A program made the position numbers and the translations under genes. From NCBI RefSeq assembly GCF_000002075.1, contig NW_004798308.1:57163-119798 (forward strand): 62,636 bases of DNA. The letters are read 5' to 3'. Each line of letters starts with the position of its first letter. The stretch's first letter is position 1. This stretch comes from Aplysia californica. Lineage: Eukaryota. Of the stretch, positions 13,161 through 22,703 are shown piece by piece. The notes below the pieces were generated by a model. The model had not been told where the DNA came from and did not search any database. It saw only the letters and a program-made list of their open reading frames with translations.

Positions 13161-13562
13161 AGACACTAGAACACTCAAAATTACACTCGGCTTCCCAGGA
13201 AGCATACAGTGTAAGTTCAAAGTAAGGGCTCAAACGCTTTCAAAGTGACAAGACAAAAACAGTTTAAAAATCATGGTAGAATTCATTTGCAGCTTGAAAA
13301 CAACAGAAACAGAACCAATTTTATGTGCGTTTGCGTAATATTTCATTTCACAACAAGAGCATTAAAACAAAATTACAAAATCATAGAGAAGTAGGAAAAG
13401 ATTATTTTGTGACAGAGTCAACACAATGAATATGGTGAAAAGCAGCAACCTTTTATTTCGATCGTCATTGCTCATATTATATCTTTGAGTGATAGCACCT
13501 AAAATTACATATATAAAAACATACAGAACAAATGCACTTTTTATCCCTTTAGAGTATTTAAA

Positions 13563-13880
13563 GTGGCCTCGGTAGCCCAGTGATTAGGCTAACAGACTCA
13601 TAATCGTGAGATTGCGGGTCCAGGGGCTCGAGCCTACGCTTGGTCCGATGTTGCATCCTTGGGAATTTCTCTTTGGCTCAGTTCTTTCGGAGATGGACGT
13701 CAAACTCGGGTTTGGGGGGGGGGGTCAAGCCTCAACTCGGTCCGATGTTGTGACCTTGGAAAGGGCATTTTACACAAATTTCCTATTTGGCTCAGTTCTT
13801 TCGGAGATGGACACTAAACTCGGAGGTTCCGCCTCTTAAATAACCTTTTAATAGTGTTGATAAGGGCGTTAAACATTTAC
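13563..13880 (+). mobile_element. tRNA-derived SINE with an internal duplication
   Basis: A-box-like GGTAGCCCAGTGATTAGG, B-box-like GGCTCGAGCC and core TTGTGACCTTGGAAAGGGCATTTTAC. The segment TTTGGCTCAGTTCTTTCGGAGATGGAC occurs twice. Confidence 0.65.
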
Positions 13881-15710
13881 CATATCATTTCAGTGTATTA
13901 AATTCATCTCAAACTTGACTCAAATAAATGTAAAAACTTACGGCAAACACAAATATTTACACAGAGTCAGACTTTCACAGCGTCAACAAATCATCAGCAA
14001 AGTAAAAGTGACTAGAACGACAATGAAAGACCATTTTAAAATAATTAAGAAAAACTACTCTTTTAAGTCTATTGTTTCATAATTTGACTTTTTCGTTTTG
14101 TTATTTGTTATGTTCTTTTCTCTTTTTCCATATCAGATTGTAAAAACACATGTAATTAATATTGAAGACCAAAGGACAAATTAAAATATTTTAAAATTAA
14201 GATGGCTGCTTCAAACCAGAGACAACAGCAGATGACAAAAAAAAGCTACATGTATTTTGAATTGTATTTTGGTATCAAACATAAATTTCAGAGAAAAGGT
14301 TTGGGATAGTAAAAGTATTCAGCCCCGATACAAATTTCATTTTAGTGAGGGTGCTTCAAACCTGCCTGTCAACTCATACCCAGACAAGGTCAGGAGTAAA
14401 ATCCTAGCAAAAAGATCAACTTATTTGGTAAAATAGATTTCCCCTCAAGAAAATCAACCTGACATCTTTCGATTGTGATGATGAAGAACCAAACTAAAAA
14501 CCTTATAAACTAAAACTTATTAAGACAGCCACTCATTGTCAAAGAAAAAAGTGGCTATCTTATATAGTGCCATTACAATCATATTAGGCTAAAACAGTAC
14601 CTAGACATGGATGGCTGGTGCCTCTGTACTGTAAATAAATTATTGATATTATTGATGGTCATTATAGTCATAATGTGAAAAAAAAACCACAAGGGCGGGG
14701 GGGTGGTTTAAATGTGAATTGCTCACTAGCACAGATGATTTGTCTTAAAAACAGGTGGCCATTATAGCAGTTTCAACTGTACTTCCTTCCCACTTTATTC
14801 TTAAATTCTATCATCCCAATCATAACGGTGCCGAGACCTGAATACTTTCTGAGAATTAAGTTGAGAAAAGCTTCAGAACAATTTCCCTTTAAAACATTAG
14901 TGTAGACCAAATCCTACATTTGAACCTGCTCTTACAGCCAGCCACCTGTCCAAGACAATCAACTGTACAGATGAATACTCCCCCCCCCCCCTACTCAGAC
15001 CCTCAAAAACGTATATATATGCTTTTGACATACCATTTGGCAGCTTATGGGAGGAGTACATCAACAGTATGAGGTTATTTAAACACGAGAGAGCCTCGTA
15101 AACTCCTCAAATAAATAAAGAAGAGGAACATCTTCCTTGAATTTTGAAACTAAAGTCACGTGCACAATAATTGAGCATGGTACCAGCTGAGCTAATGGAG
15201 CAAAGATCAGAATGTTTGTAACAAAATTGAAGTCAACATCATGTTTGACAAGTGACAATGTTTCAAAATAGACCTGATATCCTCAAATAATAGCATATAT
15301 ACAGAGAAACAGAAACGAAGTGGAGTGGTCGACGAATGTCTGACATCTTATGCATCATTTTCCTGCCAAAAAAGAAAGAGACTAGAGATGATCAAACTTG
15401 TAAGAGGTGAGAAAATCAAATGTAGTGTAGTGAGCGTCACATGACACTGTGTAGTGAACATTGTAGCATTACTACAAGTCGTTCACCGGCACGTGATGCT
15501 TGCTCACGCTTCGTTTTGAGTTCATACTTAACTGCGTAGGCCATACATACATGTTCGGTTGCTTTAAGTGTTATTCACTTGCTGGTACAGTGCGCTTCAG
15601 GCTAGGCCTACGCCATGTTCGACGATAAATCTGTGTGATGTGTGTAGTTGTAGGAAAGTAACAAATGACTTCAACCTACATCACCTTTCTGGAGATCTTA
15701 CAACTTTACA

Positions 15711-15980
15711 ACATCACCAGAAGTCACTGTGTACATAGTGAACATAACCAGAAGTCACTGTGTACATAGTGAACATCACCAGAAGTCACTGTGTACATAG
15801 TGAACATAACCAGAAGTCACTGTGTACATAGTGAACATCACCAGAAGTCACTGTGTACATAGTGAACATCACCAGAAGTCACTGTGTACATAGTGAACAT
15901 CACCAGAAGTCACTGTGTACATAGTGAACATCACCAGAAGTCACTGTGTACATAGTGAACATCACCAGAAGTCGCTGTGC
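15711..15980. repeat. 31-bp minisatellite, 8 full units plus a partial unit overlapping the zinc-finger gene stop codon
   Basis: Unit ACATCACCAGAAGTCACTGTGTACATAGTGA, starting at 15711, 15742 ... 15959. Confidence 0.97.
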
Positions 15981-18900
15981 TGAGTGTTGGTGTCCCACCT
16001 GGCCGACCGAGGCTCTGCGTCGCTGTAGCCCACACAACGCTGCCCCGACACACCGGGGTACTCCTGGATGACCGTCACAGCAGGTTCTCCGCGCCGCGCC
16101 GGAACCAACACCGCGGGCTGCTGGAAGGCTTGGCTCTCCAGCGTGTGACTGCCGGGGTAGACCGGTATGACCTGCGGAGCAGTCGAGACTGGGCCAGGGG
16201 GCGGGACCGTGCGAATGGGTGGGACTGAGCCAATAGGAGGAGGGGCTAGGCCAGAAATTGGGATTGGATCAGGGGGCGGGGCTTCGTTTCTCAGAGTGCG
16301 TAAGGCCTGACAGACAGCCATGTTGGTTTCCTGAGAAGAACTCACTGGTTGCGCTGCAGAAAAACTGTTGAACCCGCCACTGATGTTGGTGCTATCGCTG
16401 CTGCTGGTGGCGGTATTGTTACCCTCAGCCGTGGTATTGTTACCCTCAGCCTCCGTCACCCGAACAGAGGCCGCAAGCTTAAGAGGAGACTGACCTCCAA
16501 CAGTTCCTTTCATCTCTCCTGACATCATCATAGCTTTTGGGTTCAGGACACCGTGTGTCCTCCTCAGATGTTTGTTCCTCCCGTAGGCAGCGGTGAACCC
16601 AGCGTGGCACACAGGACACTTGTACGGCTTGAGGCCGCTGTGTTTGAGGCTATGCTTCACTAAGAAGTAGCGCCGTTCGCAGGTGTAGCCGCACAGAGAA
16701 CACTTGTAGGGCCGAGGTCGATTTGCGTCGTGAGTCTTCATGTGAGCTGATAAAGCGGGCTGTATCCTGAAACTTTTGCCGCACTGCGAACAAACAAAAG
16801 GCTTCTCACCGCTATGTTTTCTCGTGTGGTTCAGGAACGGCTCTTTGTGGATGAAAGCCTCTTGACACGTGGGGCACTTGAAGGGAGGATCGCCGCGATG
16901 AACTTTTACATGAAGCTCCAGGGTTTTCTTTTCTTTGAAAGACTCTGAACACTCACCGCACTGGAAAGGCTTTTCAGAGCAATGCTTTCTACTGTGGTAC
17001 CTCAGCAAGCACTGGAAGCGAAACGCTTTCCCACACACCTCACAAATAAACGGTTTCTGTAAGGATGTCTCGCTGTGCCTTATCTCTTTATGGTGATCAC
17101 ATTTTTTCTGGCTGATGAACTTTGCCCCACAAATATTGCAAGGGATCCTTTGCAGTGAGTGCATAGCCTCATGCCTCACCAGCAAGTTGCTGGACTTGAA
17201 AGTTTTGCCACACACCGAGCAAACTCCGCCCGGGTCCCCGAGCATTACCACATCCAGGTGAGCACGCAGGAAGTGACGCTTCAGGTTATGAGCTTGAAGA
17301 AACGACTTGGAGCAAACTTTACAGCAAAACCTGTCCCCTTCCTTTATTTTTTCTTCCCCATCCACAAACACTTCTGTCAGATGCATCTTCAGAAAATGTC
17401 TGCCCAGGGCGTGAAGGTGCAAGAACTGTGCCGAGCAAACTTTGCAGGTGCAGGCGTTCTTCCCATGCTGCTCTTCCTCGTGCATGTCCAACTGGGACTG
17501 GTACTTGAACCTCTCCCCACACTGACCACAGGTCAAGGGAAATACACTCAAAGTCGATGCAGTCGTCTCCTCTTCATTCTCAGATAGGCCTGAATCTGAC
17601 ACAGAAATGCCATGATTGGTCTGCATGTGGGCCTTGAGAATTTTCTTGTTGGCGCACAGAGTACTGCAAAAGTCACACTTGAGCATTCTAGTTGTTCCGT
17701 TTGGGGCGGAGGATCCATTCAGAACTGTAGAACTGAAAAGCGCAGGTTGCCGTTTAGGTACGTCGCTTACTCCGAGAAGATCTGAGCGGACAGAAATCTT
17801 CACCGGATCCTTCGAATCGGTAGATGAATTGGTCACATGTACAAATTTCATATTAAATGTATTTTGCTTTTCCTTATTTTCACCGCGATTTGAAGTTGAA
17901 GGGACTGTGAAAACTTTGAGTCGACTATTATTAGAAACATTCAGCTTTTCACTGATATGAAGAAGCTTGTCAGTCTGTTCATTGCCAGGCGAACAAATTG
18001 TTTCATTCACAACGTCTTGTTCAACATTTGTAAAAGATAAACTAGCCGAGACTTGAGCTCCAGGTTTGTCCACATTAATAACGCATGTACCATTTGTATT
18101 GCTTGGGTTCTCGAGTTCTGAAGAAATCGAAGGAGGAACTGGACTGCTCAAGTCAGGATCAGGGCCATGCCCTCCCCTCATTTCTTGACCACAGTCTGAA
18201 GTTTGTTGACCTTCATCTGTAGAACTGACATTACCCTCGTCTTCCCCACTCTCACGGGCCTTTGATGAAGTTGTGACTTTTGCCCAACATGCATTGGTGG
18301 GTCCTGGCCGTGCTAAGATATTCACAAACACTCTTGGCACTGGACTAGTTAAATTACCCACTCCAGCGTCCGTAACAATAGAATCCTTTATCTTCATCTC
18401 ATTTTCTTCCATCGAGCTAACACTGACATTGTGGCCATCATCAGAGTCCGTTTCCTTCGAGTCAAAAGACTTCAGCAAAGCTTTGGCCTTGGCAGTTCTC
18501 ATTGGTGTCCGGCGACATCTCGTCATCAGCCTCTTGACTCGCTGACCCGTGGCGCAGGTGTTAATTTTTGGTCTCGACTTCTTTTCTGCCGCTGCTGAGA
18601 CAGGGCAATTACCTGCGAGTCCATTGGACGATTTGTTTGCCACAACAACTTGACCTCTGACACAACCGGCTTTACATACAGGGCTCGACTGACATACCAC
18701 ATTTAAGTCTATATTTCTTTTTTTCCTATCAACCTTACTATTCTTTTTTACAATTAGTTCTTTGAGCCTAGCGTCAATATAGGAGTCCGTCATCTCATAG
18801 AACTCACAAGATTCAGAAAGCCTCTTCAAATCTTGAGCGAATTCACAAAGGCAACCTTTACTGGCATCTGATAATGTAAAAAACTTGAATCTCTCATACA

Positions 18901-19204
18901 AAAGCATAAACTTTGGCAAACATATATTTTCTATTTCATCTAGCAAACTAGTAACAGCTGTATCTTCCTTACTGCTCAATGTCAAGAAATTTCTTATTAT
19001 GCTAATCACCTGTGAACCACCAAGAAATAGCAGGACTGACTGACGTGACGATGCAGTGTCCTGAGGTGCCTTCCTCGACTCAGGATATGTATGTGCCCAA
19101 AGCCTTTGCTTTAGCTTCAGCCACCTCTCTGTAGCTATGGAAATACAAGACTTGACAGCATCGTGCTGTGTGAGGGAGAACTCTGAAACGCTCTGTGCTG
19201 GCAT
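15962..19204 (-). CDS. C2H2 zinc-finger protein (12 fingers) with an N-terminal Ty3/gypsy Gag-like domain; single coding exon
   Basis: Uninterrupted ORF with 12 CxxC...HxxxH fingers and linkers such as HSGEKPF, HSGLKPY and HRGDPPF. Best-context ATG is acaATG at 19204; in-frame ATGs also occur at 19249 and 19285. A splice acceptor (ttttttcag|) starts the exon at 19611. Confidence 0.92.
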   Translation of the reverse strand: MPAQSVSEFSLTQHDAVKSCISIATERWLKLKQRLWAHTYPESRKAPQDTASSRQSVLLFLGGSQVISIIRNFLTLSSKEDTAVTSLLDEIENICLPKFMLLYERFKFFTLSDASKGCLCEFAQDLKRLSESCEFYEMTDSYIDARLKELIVKKNSKVDRKKRNIDLNVVCQSSPVCKAGCVRGQVVVANKSSNGLAGNCPVSAAAEKKSRPKINTCATGQRVKRLMTRCRRTPMRTAKAKALLKSFDSKETDSDDGHNVSVSSMEENEMKIKDSIVTDAGVGNLTSPVPRVFVNILARPGPTNACWAKVTTSSKARESGEDEGNVSSTDEGQQTSDCGQEMRGGHGPDPDLSSPVPPSISSELENPSNTNGTCVINVDKPGAQVSASLSFTNVEQDVVNETICSPGNEQTDKLLHISEKLNVSNNSRLKVFTVPSTSNRGENKEKQNTFNMKFVHVTNSSTDSKDPVKISVRSDLLGVSDVPKRQPALFSSTVLNGSSAPNGTTRMLKCDFCSTLCANKKILKAHMQTNHGISVSDSGLSENEEETTASTLSVFPLTCGQCGERFKYQSQLDMHEEEQHGKNACTCKVCSAQFLHLHALGRHFLKMHLTEVFVDGEEKIKEGDRFCCKVCSKSFLQAHNLKRHFLRAHLDVVMLGDPGGVCSVCGKTFKSSNLLVRHEAMHSLQRIPCNICGAKFISQKKCDHHKEIRHSETSLQKPFICEVCGKAFRFQCLLRYHSRKHCSEKPFQCGECSESFKEKKTLELHVKVHRGDPPFKCPTCQEAFIHKEPFLNHTRKHSGEKPFVCSQCGKSFRIQPALSAHMKTHDANRPRPYKCSLCGYTCERRYFLVKHSLKHSGLKPYKCPVCHAGFTAAYGRNKHLRRTHGVLNPKAMMMSGEMKGTVGGQSPLKLAASVRVTEAEGNNTTAEGNNTATSSSDSTNISGGFNSFSAAQPVSSSQETNMAVCQALRTLRNEAPPPDPIPISGLAPPPIGSVPPIRTVPPPGPVSTAPQVIPVYPGSHTLESQAFQQPAVLVPARRGEPAVTVIQEYPGVSGQRCVGYSDAEPRSARWDTNTQHSDFW

Positions 19205-20522
19205 TGTTGTTGGGAAATTCTCCAAGAGTATTAAATATATTTCAATCATGAAAATAATACCATCACTCTTTTTTGGACTGCTCATTTGATCTTTAAGCAG
19301 GGATCCCAAACGTCTGTCTTGTTAAACATTATGTCTCTCAAAGGCTGAAACTCGTGCAAATCTTGCTGGCAGTTTACATAAATATAAGTAGATCTATCTC
19401 CAATAAAAAAGCAGCCAGAGGAATTCGCTCACACAGTAATTTTTCTATACAATTCATTCCTTCGTGACATCCACATGGTTCTAATAAATCTGTCATTCTC
19501 GTTGAAGAAATACATAGAGAGAACTTTCAGACTGCTATCAGTATCTCCAAACAGGCGAACATGGGATGCCAAATGGGCAGGGGAATGAATGACTGCTTTT
19601 GGAATGGTGTCCTGAAAAAAATTGAAAAAAAGAAAGTTGAATAAAATCAAGTTGATTAATGTTTTGCACAACAAACTCTGTTTATGTCAACACAAACCTA
19701 AATATGGTGCATCGTGGTGAAATCAGAGAAACTCAACAAAATAGTGAATTCGAAGAAAATAGATCCCTCTCCTCCCCCCACTCGTCGGGCAGTTTTTTAG
19801 TCAAATCTTTGTTTTGGCTCAGACTGAACACCTTAAACTAACTTGAATAATATATGTTTACATAGGTGCTCCTTTTTGTATATATATATAAATTGGGCAA
19901 AGTCTGGCAGTAAGTCGGGATGGTGATATACGGGGGTTGCACAACAAGGTTTGATTGTATTTTTTAACTGAATAGTAGAGCAGAAAATCACCAAGTAAAC
20001 AGCTTCAACCTCCTTTGAACCTCAATCTGTGAGGCTAACACATCCTTCTAAAGTTGAAGATAAGTTTTCCCTCTTTTTCAATTTTCAGAGATTGGCAGCT
20101 GTGTACAAGTTATTCATGACTAAAAATAGTTTCCACCACAAGGCCTAGCACTTGATTTCAACAGCGACAAAAGAGTTCCCTCCACAATGGCATGCTCTGC
20201 ACGTTTCTCCTGTTGCCAGGACATATAATTTAACGTCACCAGAAAAACAGACTTCAAATTCCAGACACCAGCATAAATGCACGGAGCATGCCAATGGCTC
20301 AATTTCTTTGACGTTGAGTTAAATCCACTTTATCTTTTAGTATTAGTAGTTCTAGGTTTTATGACTACCAGTTGGGGTCACCAAAGTTCATAAAAAGTCG
20401 GTGCGCTGCAAAGTATAGGGCTCCGGAAAGTGGTATTACTGATTTTTTTTTAAGGTACTGTAGTGGGAGGGGTGGGGATGAAGGCAACACTAGATGACAA
20501 ACACTGAACTTGGGAGTTCTGA

Positions 20523-21632
20523 ACTGCCCGGTTACCCTGTGCATGACACTGAGACTACATGCCCGGTTGCCGGTTACCGTACGTAGATATTGAGGCTACA
20601 TGCCCGGTTACCATGTACATGACACTGAGACTACGTGCCCGGTTGCCGGTGACCGTACGTAATATTGAGGCTACATGCCCGGTTACCGTGTACATGACAC
20701 TGAGACTACGTGCCTGGTTGCTGGTTACCGTGTACGTAGACACTGAGGCTAGGTGCCCGATTACCGTGTACATAGACACTCCGTTAAAAAAAATTAATAA
20801 TGCCCCCATTCCGGAGCTCTACTTCGCAGCCCACAGACTTTGAATGAACTTTGGTGACCCACACCAGTACTCACAATGTGACGCGCACACACAAGTTCAC
20901 TGACTGGTCAGGATGACGAGCCCGACAAGATGCATGACTTTCTTTTTTTTTCAACAAGTGACAGCACAGGACAAATATTGATTTATTTTAATTCAGGTTA
21001 CAGTGTTGGTAGATACTGACACTACGTGCCTGGTTACCGTGTATGTAGATACTGAGACTAGGTGCCCGATTACCGTGTACGTAGATACTGAGACTAGTTA
21101 AGTGAGACTAGGTGCCCGGTTACTGTGTACGTAGATACTGAGACTAGGTGAGACTAGGTGCCCGGTTACCGTGTACGTAGATACTGACACTGGGTGAGAC
21201 TAGGTGCCCGGTTACCGTGTACGTAGATACTGAGACTAGGTGAGACTAGGTGAGACTAGGTGCCCGGTTACCGTGTACGTAGAAACTGAGACTAGGTGAG
21301 ACTAGGTGCCCGGTTACCGTGTACGTAGATACTGAGACTAGGTGAGACTAGGCGCCCGGTTACCGTGTACGTAGATACTGAGACTAGGTGAGACAAGGTG
21401 CCCGGTTACCATGTACGTAGATACTGAGACTAGGTGCCCTGTTACAGTGTTCGTAGATACTGACACTACGTGCCCGGTTACCGTGTGTTGGTTATATAGA
21501 TACTATACTGAGGAGACTAGGTGCCCGGTTACCGTGTGGTGTACGTAGATACTGAGACTAGGTGAGACTAGGTGCCCGGTTGCCGTGTATATAGACTGAG
21601 ACTATGTGCTTGATTACCGTGCACGTAGACAC
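20523..21632. repeat. 36-46 bp minisatellite in two blocks (about 20523-20780 and 20996-21632) in the zinc-finger gene 5' intron
   Basis: Unit GAGACTAGGTGCCCGGTTACCGTGTACGTAGATACT with a variable 10-bp GAGACTAGGT stutter. Confidence 0.93.
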
Positions 21633-21677
21633 TCCAAAAGTTAAAAGTGAGTCTTAAACTTTAACTAAAAAACTTAC

Positions 21678-22050
21678 TTGACACTCATTCAATTTCAAAT
21701 TTCAAAATATAAGAAGTCTTTAACTTGTTTAGAGATCTAAACGAGAGATTCAGGATCTGTAAACGCTACACTACATTGCACAAGAGAGTCTGCCCGTTTG
21801 TTTCACTGCTTTTAGGCTTTACCAAGTGAAAAATATGAATAGATCTTGAAATGTAAGATCATCTCTGTAGACAAGGCTTCGTAGACCATTATAATATTAT
21901 TTTTAACAGGTTAAAAGTAAGTGTCTCTTGTCGTGCTATATATAACTATAAGTATAGTGCTAGATTAGATCTAATTTCATAGCAATTTCCAGTCGGAGTT
22001 TTACATTCAACTGTCGTGTCCTCAAAACTAAGATCGCAAAATTTGTGTTG
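21678..22050 (-). other. Probable non-coding first exon of the zinc-finger gene
   Basis: GTAAGT donor on the minus strand at 21677-21672, next to the divergent promoter region. The 5' boundary is a guess. Confidence 0.4.
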
Positions 22051-22423
22051 CTGTTATTTCCGACGAAACAAAATTATTTTCAGTTTGGCGATCAGGTTGT
22101 ACGAAAGAAAGTCTGAGAGAATGTTATGCTCCAATTCAATATTTATAACTATTTAGAGCTGAAAATCAAAGAGAAATGACTCAAGGAGAACCCCCCCTCC
22201 CCCCATAGTACGACGATAGTGTACCTGAACCCTCCCGTCCTTATACATGTAATTGGTGTTTTGCTGATTTTATATAATACACGTATGTGGGCCAACCTGT
22301 CCTGTTATGACCCGAAGCTTTTTGGGGTCAACTAGACGTAAACAACAGAGCTGTGTTATGAAATGTGAGCCTGGGCAGTGACACGGAAATCTGGAATTAA
22401 ATTATGTAAAGAAGATTAAGAAC
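21900..22423. promoter_or_regulatory. Probable bidirectional promoter, zinc-finger gene / FAD oxidoreductase
   Basis: Divergent GTAAGT donors at 21677 (-) and 22424 (+), about 750 bp apart. Confidence 0.45.
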
Positions 22424-22703
22424 GTAAGTGTTTGTCGGTTAAGAAGTCTTCTTGACGGTTAAAAACCTTTCGTCTGGGGATTTTTTAGCTGTTGTAAGAG
22501 CAGCTTTGCTTCCACAAGCCACATTTGGTCCTGGAAATTATGTTGATGAGGTTACGCTCGCAGCAGATCACATTTTATTGACTCATGTCTTGTGAGTGGA
22601 GAGGGAGTTAAACGGGTGCTGTGGAACCATCTATGCTCGACACGTCGTTTTTTGCCTTGTATACGATTGCTCTATATGTGTAAATTCTGTGAACTCTAGG
22701 GAT

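Noticed and set aside
13563-13650. tRNA genes at SINE heads (also about 43700-43772 and 53278-53350)
   Set aside because: A/B-box remnants are present, but there is no complete cloverleaf and they continue into SINE bodies.
15711-15980. Regular 31-bp repeats as a possible CRISPR array (also 20523-21632 and 41003-42390)
   Set aside because: Head-to-tail units without unique spacers, no cas genes, and a eukaryotic context.
15977-18545. Plus-strand ORFs antisense to the zinc-finger CDS
   Set aside because: Shadow ORFs of a GC-richer coding exon with no recognisable motifs or splice structure.
19205-19309. ORF-track start at 19309 for the zinc-finger protein
   Set aside because: It is a TTG codon; eukaryotic initiation is more likely at ATG 19204 (or 19249/19285).
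15962-19611. Zinc-finger/Gag locus as an active LTR retrotransposon
   Set aside because: No LTR pair, PBS, protease, RT or integrase is visible; the structure is that of a spliced host gene.
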